Virus record (IMG/VR): IMGVR_UViG_3300035182_000826
Span: 32,001 to 96,000 of that record
Source of the DNA: a virus
DNA length: 64,000 nt
Strand: one strand, 5' to 3'
The notes beneath the pieces were generated by a model. That model was not told where the DNA came from, made no database searches, and was given only the letters and a program-made list of their open reading frames with translations. How positions within the stretch are numbered: the stretch's first letter is position 1; the number at the start of each line of letters is the position of its first letter. Both the position numbers and the translations under genes were made by a program. Of this stretch, positions 29,178-39,140 are shown piece after piece.

Positions 29178-30221
29178 ATGAAATTTGACATCAAACGTTT
29201 ACTTTGTTTCACTGACATCCACTTTGGCGCTAGGCTGAATTCAGAGCAGCATCTTCAAGACTGCTCTGAATTCATTGCTTGGTTCATTCGGAAAGCCAAA
29301 GACACAAAGGCAACCCATATTGCCTTTCTCGGCGACTGGTTCGAGAACCGATCAGCCATCAATGTCAGAACGCTTCAAGTTGCATCAGAGTGCGCCGATG
29401 CGCTGAACGCGCTTGGCCTACCAGTGTTTTTCATTGTTGGTAACCATGACCTATTCTTCAGACACAATAGGTCAGTGTTCAGCACTGCACCCTACAAGAG
29501 CCTAGAGAACTTTCACTTGATCAGTGATACCACTGAGCTCAGTGACACGGTGCTGGCGGCTCCATTCCTGTTCAAGCAAGAATACATTGATCAGGCAGAG
29601 CAGATCAACAAATACAAGTTCGTGCTTGGGCACTTTGAGTTCAAGAACTTCGTCGTCACTGGACAGACGAAGATGCTTGATCATGGGCCAGATGCTGATC
29701 TGTTCTTCGGCCCGAAATACATTCTCTCTGGTCACTTCCACAAGCGTCAGGTAAACAAGAACATCGTGTACATTGGGAACACATTCCCAACCAACTACGG
29801 TGATGTGTGGGACACGGAGCGCGGTTGCGCATTGCTTGACCTAGAGTCTGAGACCATTGAGTTCTTCGACTATGATGGGCCGACCTTCTACTCAATGCTG
29901 CTTTCAGACATGCTGATGAAGGCGCCAGTGTTCAAAAATGGTGGTCGTGTTCGATGCATTCTTGATGTTGATATGACCTACTCTGAGGTTCAGCTCTTGC
30001 GAGATGAGTTCACTAAGCAATTCAATCTTCGTGAGTTCTGCATTGAGGAAGACATCGAGACCAAAATGTCAACGCTGAACGATGGTATTGAATTGGCAAC
30101 GGAACTTGACACTTCCTCTTTAGATGCCACTGTTCAACAGTTGATTGCCGAGGGCGTTCAGCCATCACCTAATATCAGTCCAGTAGAGCTCATCGCGATT
30201 TACAAGGAATTGGACCAATGA
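29178..30221 (+). CDS. gp47: Recombination endonuclease subunit (Mre11/SbcD-like)
   Basis: TDIHFG, LGDWF, GNHD, GHFE, SGHFH phosphoesterase motifs. Confidence 0.92.
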   Translation: MKFDIKRLLCFTDIHFGARLNSEQHLQDCSEFIAWFIRKAKDTKATHIAFLGDWFENRSAINVRTLQVASECADALNALGLPVFFIVGNHDLFFRHNRSVFSTAPYKSLENFHLISDTTELSDTVLAAPFLFKQEYIDQAEQINKYKFVLGHFEFKNFVVTGQTKMLDHGPDADLFFGPKYILSGHFHKRQVNKNIVYIGNTFPTNYGDVWDTERGCALLDLESETIEFFDYDGPTFYSMLLSDMLMKAPVFKNGGRVRCILDVDMTYSEVQLLRDEFTKQFNLREFCIEEDIETKMSTLNDGIELATELDTSSLDATVQQLIAEGVQPSPNISPVELIAIYKELDQ

Positions 30222-31957
30222 AGCAGTTCGATCTTCATTTCATCAGTCTTGTTCTTCAGAACTTCATGTCATTTGGGAATTCACCAATTGAGGTGAACTT
30301 GAGTGAGCCTGGTACCATTCTGGTTGAAGGCGTTAATCTTGACAAGGGCGGATCAAACGGATCTGGCAAGACAACAATTTTGAATGCAATTTGTTACGCG
30401 CTGTTCAACAAGCCGTTTGACAATATCAGTCTACAGCGGCTGATCAACAACACGAATGCTACCAAAAACACCAAGATGGAGGTCTCCCTGACCTTTATCA
30501 AATCAGGCATAGAGTACACGGTGACTCGTGTACGTGGTGAAACAAATAACATCAACATCACACGAGATGGAGAGGACATCACTCCTGGAAAGGGTGTGAC
30601 TGAATGTGATGCAATGATCCAAGACATCATTGGAATCTCATTCGAGCTGTTCGTGATCATGGTGATCTTCTCTGGGTCATCATCACCGTTCCTAGATCGG
30701 CCAATTGCGCAGCAGCGTAATCTGATCGAAGAGCTGTTCAATATCTCAATGTTGTCAGAGAGGGCAGTGAAGCTTAAGGAGCTGATCAGAGCGACTGAGA
30801 CAGACATTAAGGTCCAAGAAGCCATCATCAAGCAACAGCAGATCGCGAATGAGCTTCATGTGAAGCAGATCAAGGACGCTGAGAACCGAATCCTTACGTG
30901 GGAATCACAGCGCCAAGACAAGATCTTCCGTATGGAACACGATCTGAAACGCATCGGCGACATCGACTTTGTGGCTGAACAGGCTCTACACCAACAAAAG
31001 GCAGAACTCACTGCGGCACTGTCTAGTGCAAAGCAGCGGTATAAGACCGTGATGCAGGAGCATCATCGAGTCAGCACCGACTTGGACCGGCATTTGTTTG
31101 AGGGGGAAAAACTCAAGAACTCAATATGCCCGTACTGCGAACAGCACCTTGCCTCAGCCAAGGAAAAGCTGGCCATTACACTAGGTAAGATTGACCAGAT
31201 GGCAGTTCAGTTCGAGGGCCTTTCAACAAATGCTGAAGCGCTCAAGACTGAGGTGCAGCGTCTTGAAAGTGAACTGAACGAGGTGACCAGCAAGATCAAG
31301 CACCAAGATCTGATTTCACTGCTGTCAATCCGCGAGAACTCCACACTGACCCAAACAAAGCTTGACGAGTTACGTGTTGCAGTAAACCCGCACACCGAGG
31401 CGCTGCAAGCGCTCATGGAGCAGGAACAAGTAAAGGTTCAGACGGAGGAGTTTGACGCTCTGAAGCGCCGCCAGGAACACCAGCAATTCTTGCTAAAGCT
31501 CTTGACAAGTAAGGACTCATTCGTGCGTCGTCGGATTTTGAATTCATTGATTCCATATCTGAACCAGCGGTTGAACTTCTATGCAACAATTCTTGGTTTG
31601 CCGCACCGCGTCACCTTTAACCCAGACCTATCATGCACATTGAGTGAGTATGGTCGCGAGCTTGACTTTGGGAACTTATCAAATGGCGAGAAGAAGCGAG
31701 TGAACATCGCAATGGCACTTGCCTTCAGAAATGTCACACACAAGCTCCACATGTCCGTTAATCTGTTCTTTGTCGACGAGCTAGAGGGTGGTGCTCTTGA
31801 CACACCAGGCATTGATGGTATCATCAAGATTCTGAAGGATCTGGCAAGAGATGAAGACATGACTGTGTTCGTAATCAGTCATAGCCCACAAATCATTGGC
31901 CGTCTTGATCGAACAATGACAGTCACAAAGCAATTTGGGTTCAGCACCATCTCCTAA
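30218..31957 (+). CDS. gp46: Recombination ATPase subunit (Rad50/SbcC-like)
   Basis: NFMSFG, Walker A NGSGKTT, CPYC zinc hook, LSNGEK signature, FVDE, ISH. Confidence 0.93.
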   Translation: MKQFDLHFISLVLQNFMSFGNSPIEVNLSEPGTILVEGVNLDKGGSNGSGKTTILNAICYALFNKPFDNISLQRLINNTNATKNTKMEVSLTFIKSGIEYTVTRVRGETNNINITRDGEDITPGKGVTECDAMIQDIIGISFELFVIMVIFSGSSSPFLDRPIAQQRNLIEELFNISMLSERAVKLKELIRATETDIKVQEAIIKQQQIANELHVKQIKDAENRILTWESQRQDKIFRMEHDLKRIGDIDFVAEQALHQQKAELTAALSSAKQRYKTVMQEHHRVSTDLDRHLFEGEKLKNSICPYCEQHLASAKEKLAITLGKIDQMAVQFEGLSTNAEALKTEVQRLESELNEVTSKIKHQDLISLLSIRENSTLTQTKLDELRVAVNPHTEALQALMEQEQVKVQTEEFDALKRRQEHQQFLLKLLTSKDSFVRRRILNSLIPYLNQRLNFYATILGLPHRVTFNPDLSCTLSEYGRELDFGNLSNGEKKRVNIAMALAFRNVTHKLHMSVNLFFVDELEGGALDTPGIDGIIKILKDLARDEDMTVFVISHSPQIIGRLDRTMTVTKQFGFSTIS

Positions 31958-31980
31958 ATAGAGAAAACAAGGAGAGATTG

Positions 31981-32433
31981 ATGAAGTTATCAGATTTTGG
32001 GGTACGTCTGTTTGAAGAGGATCTTGAAAAGCTCACAGCTGAAGAGTACTGGAAGTCACACAGCACAGGTGCTAAGAAGTACACTAGCGCTGAGGTTTAC
32101 GAAGTAAAGGCGAATGGTGACAAGTACGACGTGTTCACAACATCAAGTGGATCCCGTAAGAAGTTCGGTTCGTACACAGCTGTTCAACTGAAAGATCTGT
32201 TCAAGCCACTTCAACCATCGCAGACGCCAGACGTTGAAGGGTTTATAAAGTACACTGATCCAACCGTGAACCGCGCAATTCAACACTCTGGTGATCCTCT
32301 TCAGATTGACTTAGGTGACCAAACGAAGGTGCTGAATGACGGTGATTACTTGATGCAAACAGTGAATGGCACCAAGTTCGTGTATGTGGTGGTTCCATCT
32401 GCTGAGTTCGAAGACACATTCAAGCCTGTCTAA
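31981..32433 (+). CDS. Hypothetical protein, possible internal head protein
   Basis: RBS AGGAG, TAAATA at 31955, N-terminal MKLSDF...LFEE. Confidence 0.55.
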   Translation: MKLSDFGVRLFEEDLEKLTAEEYWKSHSTGAKKYTSAEVYEVKANGDKYDVFTTSSGSRKKFGSYTAVQLKDLFKPLQPSQTPDVEGFIKYTDPTVNRAIQHSGDPLQIDLGDQTKVLNDGDYLMQTVNGTKFVYVVVPSAEFEDTFKPV

Positions 32434-32455
32434 CTGGCTCAGCTAAATAAGGTTC

Positions 32456-32848
32456 ATGAATGAACCTAAAAAACTAAAAGCAAAAGACGTTAAGACGGTA
32501 CGAAAAGCCTTGCTCGAAAAGCAAGGCTTTTTCTGCGCTATTTGCAAGTTGCCTTGCACAGAGGAGCAGGCTGTTTTAGACCATGATCACACTCACGGGC
32601 ACGTCCGTGCTGTGCTGCATCGGGGGTGCAACGCCGCCGAAGGCAAGGTCATGAACACACTGCGTCGATATGGTATCAAAGCGCCAGAGGAGTTCTTGAG
32701 GGGACTTCTAGCATACCATGATTTACATTCCACCAATCAATCTGGGTACATACACCCAGCTCATCGAACAGAAGATGAGAAAAAAGAATTGGCTAAGAAG
32801 CGGGCTAGACGCAGAAGAACCGCAATAAAGTTGAAATCTAAGGAGTAA
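32456..32848 (+). CDS. gp49: Recombination endonuclease VII
   Basis: Q...CAIC....LDHDH..G.VR..L...CN..EGK. Confidence 0.85.
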   Translation: MNEPKKLKAKDVKTVRKALLEKQGFFCAICKLPCTEEQAVLDHDHTHGHVRAVLHRGCNAAEGKVMNTLRRYGIKAPEEFLRGLLAYHDLHSTNQSGYIHPAHRTEDEKKELAKKRARRRRTAIKLKSKE

Positions 32849-32851
32849 TTC

Positions 32852-33433
32852 ATGACACCTCAATGGACAACACGCACTGACGTAGAACTTGCGTCTGGTG
32901 ATTACGGGCCTTTGCTTGGTTTGGTCGCTGTAAGCTACCACGTGTACAGCAAAGCCGAAGAGTTTCTTGGGCCATTCAACGCGAAGCAACGTGGACATGG
33001 AATTTACACCCCTCCAACTCGTGATCAACTCAGGGCGGCCATTCCACAGTACAGAATGAATCCAGTTTCGTACTCAGCTTTTTTGTCAAGTCTCATTGCT
33101 TTCTGCGAACGCACTAAGGGCATGCAAGCCCTACCAACACCACACCCATCAATCATTCACTCAATTCAGCTTCAGCCGTCAACCTTTGAAATCAAGTGCC
33201 AAAACGGTAAAGTTCACTTGTTCTTGGCTGGTATGGATGAACCGCTGAAGCTGAAATTTGCAAATCCAAAGACAGCAGAAACGACGAAGTTCATTATTCT
33301 TCGTCCAAAAATCAGTACTGTTGGAACAGCATCAGCAACACGCTGGGAAGTGTTGCTCTTTGACAAGGCGTATGGCTACATCCCAAATTGGGTTGACGCA
33401 AATCTGAACCCACGTTGGAGTGGTGTAATGTGA
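32852..33433 (+). CDS. Hypothetical protein
   Basis: 193-aa ORF in the operon; no motif recognised. Confidence 0.5.
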   Translation: MTPQWTTRTDVELASGDYGPLLGLVAVSYHVYSKAEEFLGPFNAKQRGHGIYTPPTRDQLRAAIPQYRMNPVSYSAFLSSLIAFCERTKGMQALPTPHPSIIHSIQLQPSTFEIKCQNGKVHLFLAGMDEPLKLKFANPKTAETTKFIILRPKISTVGTASATRWEVLLFDKAYGYIPNWVDANLNPRWSGVM

Positions 33434-33481
33434 CCTAAGTTGAGGTCGCATGGGTTATTGGCGCTAGGTACAATAACCCAT

Positions 33482-34750
33482 ATGGAGCACTTAGAAAAAA
33501 GCAGCATTCTTCATTGGACTCGGTTCTATCCGAATCTGAAGCGCGTGCATTCTGAAAAAGTCAAAGATCGGCAAGAGATGATCTTGCATGTTGCCGCTCT
33601 TTGGAAACACTCACAGGCAAAAATGACCCCAAACGGGCTTTGTTCAATCAAAGTCCCTTTGACACAACTCAGAGAAAATCTAAGAGACTATCGAGCTGTT
33701 GTTGATCACTTCTTCGATGTTCGACAGCTAGGCTTCAAGATTGAAGACACATTTGAGTTGTCTACACTGACACCAAAGATTCTTCCACCTACAGAGGAAG
33801 ATGAGATTTGTGGGATTGTAAATGAACTCCAATACCACGTCCCACCAAGGCCTGATGATTGCGTCATCAGCAAGGTCTATCTGCAAGAAAACATTGATTG
33901 GGACTACATCTTCGAGCGGCTGAGCCGTTCACCTCGTCCTGACATTATCTTGCAGTTGAAGTGGCTACGACACCAGCCACCTGAACTAAACTTTCACTTC
34001 AAACCAGCTGGCAAGTTGGGCCTGCGCGACACCTCTGTGTGGCCGATCAAGGGCATTGAGAACTGGCCAACATGGCTTCGTGAGCGATTGTTTGGGACAG
34101 CAGTCGATCTTGACTCTGCTTACGTGCAGTTCCTTGTGAACACGCTTCGAAAAGAGATTCCAGAAGATCAACTCGGGGCGCTGTTTCCTGATCTGCTGAA
34201 GCTGTTGGCAGACAAAGAGGCGTTCAGACGAGAGCTCTGTGAAGAAATCCTGATGGTGGAATACACCAAGGAACACAAGGGCGTCATGAAGAACATCTTG
34301 ATGTCACTTGCGAATGGATCTCGCATTTCAGCCAGCGTGATCTTGAATGCTGCTAGGCACTCTGCGGTGGCTGAAATGATCCTCGATATTGTCCCAACTG
34401 CAAGCGCTGATGATTTGATAAGGATTGGTGATAGGTTGAGGTCAATCAGCAGACAGTTTGACAATGCCAGAAAGATGATCTGCATTGCGCTGTTCAAGAA
34501 AGCCCCAACAAACGAGAACAAAAAGTCAGTGTTCAGTTCGTATTTCATGTGGGAGCGTGAAGCGCGATACATGATTTGGGAGGCCTTTGAACGGCATGGA
34601 ATTATGGCACACGACGGGCTAGATGGTATTCCTGCAAAGTACCTGACTGATCTGCCAAAGGTCATGAATGATCTACACCTTAAGCTCAGTGTTAAAGGTA
34701 TGGCCGGTGCCACCGAGGCGACGCCGGCTCACACCGAACAGAAAGAATGA
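33482..34750 (+). CDS. Putative minimal family-A/T7-RNAP-like polymerase-fold protein
   Basis: Candidate motif A VDLDSAY, motif B KGVMKNILMSLANGS, motif C IMAHDGL in the right order; start taken at MEHLEK. Confidence 0.5.
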   Translation: MEHLEKSSILHWTRFYPNLKRVHSEKVKDRQEMILHVAALWKHSQAKMTPNGLCSIKVPLTQLRENLRDYRAVVDHFFDVRQLGFKIEDTFELSTLTPKILPPTEEDEICGIVNELQYHVPPRPDDCVISKVYLQENIDWDYIFERLSRSPRPDIILQLKWLRHQPPELNFHFKPAGKLGLRDTSVWPIKGIENWPTWLRERLFGTAVDLDSAYVQFLVNTLRKEIPEDQLGALFPDLLKLLADKEAFRRELCEEILMVEYTKEHKGVMKNILMSLANGSRISASVILNAARHSAVAEMILDIVPTASADDLIRIGDRLRSISRQFDNARKMICIALFKKAPTNENKKSVFSSYFMWEREARYMIWEAFERHGIMAHDGLDGIPAKYLTDLPKVMNDLHLKLSVKGMAGATEATPAHTEQKE

Positions 34751-34756
34751 TAGGCT

Positions 34757-35782
34757 ATGAAGTTCACATCGCTGATTGACCTGGTGGAGGCCAGGGTGAG
34801 CATGGGTGCACTAGGCGGCACTGGATTTAGGGGTGTGAAATGCCCTGTTTGCAATGATCACACTCAGCGGGCCGGCTTCAAAATTGATGATGCTGGTATG
34901 TTTTACGGGTGCTTCAACTGTGGCGAAAAGTTCAGCTATGAACGAGACTCAGCAAAGCTTTCAAAGAATGGCTACCGGATTTTAGAGTGCTTTGGTATTT
35001 CCAGAGATGAGATTAGCCAGGCACTAGGTGGCAGCTTTTTTCTGAGAGAACGTGAAATCATCACTGTAGAGGATCTGAAGCCGAAGTACAGCCTTGCAAC
35101 TCCAGAAGTTCAACTGCCGCCAAGATCATATCCAATTGGGTCGCCTGAAAAGCCAGAGTTCCAAGCACCAATCATTGCTTATCTGCAGAGACGTGGTGTA
35201 GATCCACTTGCCATTAACGCGCATTTCAGTCTTGACCCGCAGTTTCTGAACCGAGTTATTCTGCCATGTTATCGCGAGGACAAGATCATTTTTTGGCAGG
35301 CGAGAGCCATAAATCCTGATGATCGACCGCGGTTCAAATCACCTGCTGTTCCTAAAGAGGCCGTGCTTTGGGGGTTCAACAACATCCATCACTCAAAGAC
35401 ACAACCGCTGTTCATTTCAGAGGGAATTTTCAACGCGTATTTTCTCGATGGTGTAGCATTACTTGGGTCAAAGCTGAACCAAGCAAAGGTTGAGCTGTTG
35501 AACAAAACACGAAGAGACAAGGTCGTAATTGTCGATCGCGACACACCTGGTGGTGCGCTTGGTCATGCTGCGATCAGCAATGGCTGGAAGGTTTCATTTG
35601 TCCCAGTTGGGTGTTCAGACGTAAACGACAGCGTTTTACAATTTGGGCTTCTTTACACAATACGATACGTGGTTTCGCACATTACGGAGGCGAGTACCAT
35701 AAAGACAACAAGTGGTGTTTCTGTGCAAAGCACACTTGCGCTTGACATGGAACTTGCACTAGCAAAATTGCAAAGGATCTGA
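34757..35782 (+). CDS. gp61: DNA primase
   Basis: Zn finger CPVC..H...CFNC, YL..RG, WQAR, TOPRIM-like SEG.F and DRD; upstream of helicase. Confidence 0.85.
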   Translation: MKFTSLIDLVEARVSMGALGGTGFRGVKCPVCNDHTQRAGFKIDDAGMFYGCFNCGEKFSYERDSAKLSKNGYRILECFGISRDEISQALGGSFFLREREIITVEDLKPKYSLATPEVQLPPRSYPIGSPEKPEFQAPIIAYLQRRGVDPLAINAHFSLDPQFLNRVILPCYREDKIIFWQARAINPDDRPRFKSPAVPKEAVLWGFNNIHHSKTQPLFISEGIFNAYFLDGVALLGSKLNQAKVELLNKTRRDKVVIVDRDTPGGALGHAAISNGWKVSFVPVGCSDVNDSVLQFGLLYTIRYVVSHITEASTIKTTSGVSVQSTLALDMELALAKLQRI

Positions 35783-35784
35783 TT

Positions 35785-37104
35785 ATGATGATTGACCAAG
35801 AGTCACAGACGATGTTTATCAGTGCGATGCTTGGAAATCCTGGGCTGTTTGCGCGCGTTCAGCACTTGCTACAGCCTGTGTACTTTGACGCCAAGTACCA
35901 AGATGGTGTGAAGTTCCTAAAGACGTTCTTCGCAGAGAACCGAGGTGTACCGTCGCCTGAAATCTTCAAGACCGCAACGAAGATTCAACTACCTCAAATC
36001 ATCACAAATATTTCTCAAATTGACATGAACTTCCTAGCGTCTGAAATCGCTAAGTTCTGTCAGATCAGAGCTGTCACCCAAGCGGTACTGCAATCACCAA
36101 AGATGATTGAGAATGGTGATCTCGGTAAAATGCTCGAGATGATCAAGAACGCAGTTCAGATTCAACTGCACACTGATCTTGGTATCAACTATTTTGACGA
36201 CCCGGCCGCCCGCCTGACCGAAGAGGAGACAGAGCAAATCATCAAGACTGGTTGGGATGATCTTGATCGGGTTATTGGCGGCGTTCAGACTCAGGAATTG
36301 ATCCTGTTCCTAGCGAACTCTGGTGGTGGTAAGTCGGTTGGTATGACTAATTTGGCGTACAACTTGCTATCACAAGGCAAGAATGGTGTCTACATTTCAT
36401 TGGAAATGAAGGACAAGCTCGTTGCTCGCCGACTTGACTCGATGATCTCTCGAATCAGCGGCTTCATCATTCGCGATCACAAGATTGAGGTGTGTGAGCA
36501 GATTGAGAGAGCTAAGGCCGCTGGCTTCGGTGACTTTCACATTAAGCGCATGCGTGAAAGTACAACCACCTCAAATGAAATCTTGAGCTACTGCAATGAG
36601 GTTCAAGACAGAACTGGCAAGAAAATCGACTTCGTGGTCAGTGATTACCTTGATCTAATGGCAACAAATGGTAAGACCAATGACAATGGGAACATGTTCC
36701 TAAAGGACAAGATCGTTGCAGAGGAGTTGAGAGCTGTCGGTTTTGACCTTGACGCAATCATGATTAGCGCGTCTCAACTAGGCCGTGGGGCCCTTGTCGC
36801 AACTCGTGAAGAACGCAAGATCGAACAAGACCACATTCAGGGTGGCATCTCAAAGATCAACACCTCTGACCTTGCGATCGCAATGGTCAAAGACGAAGCA
36901 CTTGATGCTGCCAATGAGTACCGCTTTGACATTGTCAAATCACGTAACTCTGGTGGTGTCGGTAAGTCCGTCCATCTTGGATGGGACCCTATCAGCCTGC
37001 GAATCAGCAACATTCAACGAAAGCAGGCTGCGAAACTAGAGCTGAAGATCCCCGGTGTTAGAAAGCCCGGTGATTCAGACGATGGCCTTGGCTTGCTCGG
37101 GTGA
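35785..37104 (+). CDS. gp41: Replicative DnaB-type helicase
   Basis: TGW..LD, A.SGGGKS, YISLEM, DYLDLM, SASQ, KSRN. Confidence 0.92.
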   Translation: MMIDQESQTMFISAMLGNPGLFARVQHLLQPVYFDAKYQDGVKFLKTFFAENRGVPSPEIFKTATKIQLPQIITNISQIDMNFLASEIAKFCQIRAVTQAVLQSPKMIENGDLGKMLEMIKNAVQIQLHTDLGINYFDDPAARLTEEETEQIIKTGWDDLDRVIGGVQTQELILFLANSGGGKSVGMTNLAYNLLSQGKNGVYISLEMKDKLVARRLDSMISRISGFIIRDHKIEVCEQIERAKAAGFGDFHIKRMRESTTTSNEILSYCNEVQDRTGKKIDFVVSDYLDLMATNGKTNDNGNMFLKDKIVAEELRAVGFDLDAIMISASQLGRGALVATREERKIEQDHIQGGISKINTSDLAIAMVKDEALDAANEYRFDIVKSRNSGGVGKSVHLGWDPISLRISNIQRKQAAKLELKIPGVRKPGDSDDGLGLLG

Positions 37105-37125
37105 TAGCCGGCCACAATAAATACC

Positions 37126-37401
37126 ATGTCCATTCCTAAGGAGAACACTTTGACAACTCAAACACAAACCCTCACTGTTGACGGAATCACTTACGCTGTT
37201 GATCAGTTCAGCCAGCAAGTTCAGTCAGGCGTCCAGATGTACTCGGCCTTCCAAGCTGACTTGCAAAAGGCACAACTTGAGGTTGCTAAGACGCAGGCCG
37301 CAATGGCCATGCTGTCTGGGCAGATTCAGGAAGCTGTCAAGGCTGAATTGGCTGCGAAGGCGGCTGATGCCAAAGCGGCAGCTGAGCCGCAACAAGAGTG
37401 A
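37126..37401 (+). CDS. Small coiled-coil hypothetical protein
   Basis: TAAATA at 37118; real start may be the TTG near 37150 after AGGAG. Confidence 0.55.
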   Translation: MSIPKENTLTTQTQTLTVDGITYAVDQFSQQVQSGVQMYSAFQADLQKAQLEVAKTQAAMAMLSGQIQEAVKAELAAKAADAKAAAEPQQE

Positions 37402-37419
37402 TGATTTTTGATCACTGAA

Positions 37420-37454
37420 AAGAAAAAGGGAGCCACATGGCTCCCTTTTTTCTT
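37420..37454. terminator. Bidirectional intrinsic terminator
   Basis: AAGAAAAAGGGAGCCA-CA-TGGCTCCCTTTTTTCTT. Confidence 0.85.
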
Positions 37455-37469
37455 ATGCCTACGAGATCA

Positions 37470-37625
37470 CCTTCTAATTTGACACCTTTTCTTAAGTGCA
37501 GCGCGTCTTAGGCGATAGAGCACACCCTCGGCGACACCGGTGAGGCCCGGCTCACGCCGGACAGTTCAGCCAATAAGTTATGCACGGCACTTAGCCGAGG
37601 CGAGCCGGTGTCGCCTCGTGTCGCC
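37470..37625 (-). repeat. Palindromic element (flop centre)
   Basis: Same arms and tail as 18321-18485 but centre 37561-37594 is the reverse complement. Confidence 0.9.
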
Positions 37626-37639
37626 AAGGGTAACAGGCG

Positions 37640-37698
37640 CGGCGGCCTCGCCTTTTAGAAACGGGCCATTAAGAACCTTTCGCGCATACCAAAATGAG
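37640..37698 (-). pseudogene. Relic of a 26-aa repeat unit
   Basis: Minus strand reads SFWYARKVLNGPFLKGEAA. Confidence 0.65.
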
Positions 37699-38013
37699 TA
37701 ATGTGCGGTTCTTGCAATTGCATCTTCACCTTTTGGCTATGGTCCTTTGATGAAGTCTCTTGCATGCAAGTGCACTTTCATGCTGATCACTCCACCCAAC
37801 GAGTGTCACACCAAGATGATCTCACCTTTTCTTTGGCAGCGTTTTGGTTACTTGCGCTACAGAGTCGGCAAGAGGCTGGTGTGACTGGTAATCGACTGTG
37901 GCGACCCCGAACTCGGGGAACACGCCCTTCATGTGCTAGAACGACAGATGTGTCTGGTTCAAGCCATAGATGAAAACGATCGTTTGGCTCATGCCCGTAT
38001 CGGGCCACGGCGG

Positions 38014-38200
38014 TCACCGCGGATTGTGACCCCAGATCTTGAGTGACAGCGGCTTTCGGGTTGGCTCGCCGTTCTCGTCGTACAGCGCACCTGAGTTCCC
38101 CTTCATGCGTGACACAAAGGCACATTGCTTGCCAGCCCACTTCCACATCTCTGGCGTCCACTGCTCGACAGGAGTGCGCTTCATCTTGACGATCCACTCA
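38014..38200 (-). pseudogene. C-terminal fragment resembling DUF3140
   Basis: WT.....F.SRM....TR..LSLKIWGHNP; 5' end replaced by the end of the repeat-gene cassette. Confidence 0.45.
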
Positions 38201-38223
38201 GATCCATCACTTCTCCTTTGCAA

Positions 38224-38727
38224 TCAGTTTACCTTTAGGACATCTTTTGCATACAAACGGGCATAATCTGGGTCTTTCGCAATTGCGGCTTCGCCTTTAG
38301 GAAATGGCGCCTTTAGGACATCTCTCGCGTAGAAATACGCATAATATGAGTCTTTCGCAATTGCGGCTTCGCCTTTAGGAAATGGCGCCTTTAGGACATC
38401 TCTCGCGTACCAATACGCATACTTTGGGTCTTTCGCAATTGCGCCCTCGCCTTTAGGAAATGGCGCCTTTAGGACATCTCTCGCGTACGCAAATGCAAAC
38501 CCTGGGTCTTTCGCAATGGCGGCTTCGCCTTTAGGAAATGGCGCCTTTAGGACCTCTACCGCGTACGCATATGCATACTCTGGGTCTTTCGCAATTGCGT
38601 CCTCCCTCTTCTTCATCTCTTCTGGGTTGTTCTTGTACTTCTCCCAGATGAATTCAGGAACGGAATCATGAGCTGCATCATAATGCAGCAAGGTCTCAGG
38701 TTGTGAATGGTATTTGTACAGATACAT
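38224..38727 (-). CDS. 26-aa tandem repeat protein
   Basis: MYLYKYHSQPETLLHYDAAHDSVPEF leader plus about 5 near-identical 78-bp repeats. Confidence 0.88.
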   Translation of the reverse strand: MYLYKYHSQPETLLHYDAAHDSVPEFIWEKYKNNPEEMKKREDAIAKDPEYAYAYAVEVLKAPFPKGEAAIAKDPGFAFAYARDVLKAPFPKGEGAIAKDPKYAYWYARDVLKAPFPKGEAAIAKDSYYAYFYARDVLKAPFPKGEAAIAKDPDYARLYAKDVLKVN

Positions 38728-38751
38728 TTTAGTTTTCCAACTAGGTTCAGA

Positions 38752-38925
38752 TTAGAAGTCAGCAGCCTCGCCTTTAGGAAATGGCGCCTTTAGGACTTCT
38801 CTCGCGTACAAACGCGCATACCTTGTGTCTTTCGCAATTGCGTCCTCCCTCTTCTTCATCTTTTCTGGGTTCTTCTTGTACTTCTTCCAGATCAATTCAG
38901 GAATAGAGTCATGAGCTGCATTATG
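38752..38925 (-). pseudogene. 5'-truncated repeat-protein gene
   Basis: AAHDSIPELIWKKY...one repeat...GEAADF stop; leader replaced by unrelated GC-rich sequence. Confidence 0.7.
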
Positions 38926-39140
38926 TCCTTGATCAGGCGCACTCGATCGGTGGGATGTACCCATCACGAACGGCACCGCGCGAGAAGCGGCCGATCATGA
39001 CGTCGTTCTCGTAGATCTCGCCCTTGAGGGCTGGGCCAGCGCTTGTCCTTGCCCCTGTACGTCAGCTGTCGTTCAGGTCCAATGTCAGAAACGTTCAACA
39101 TTGTGGCAGCTTCACGCTATACTTGTGTGGCGCGACGCTG

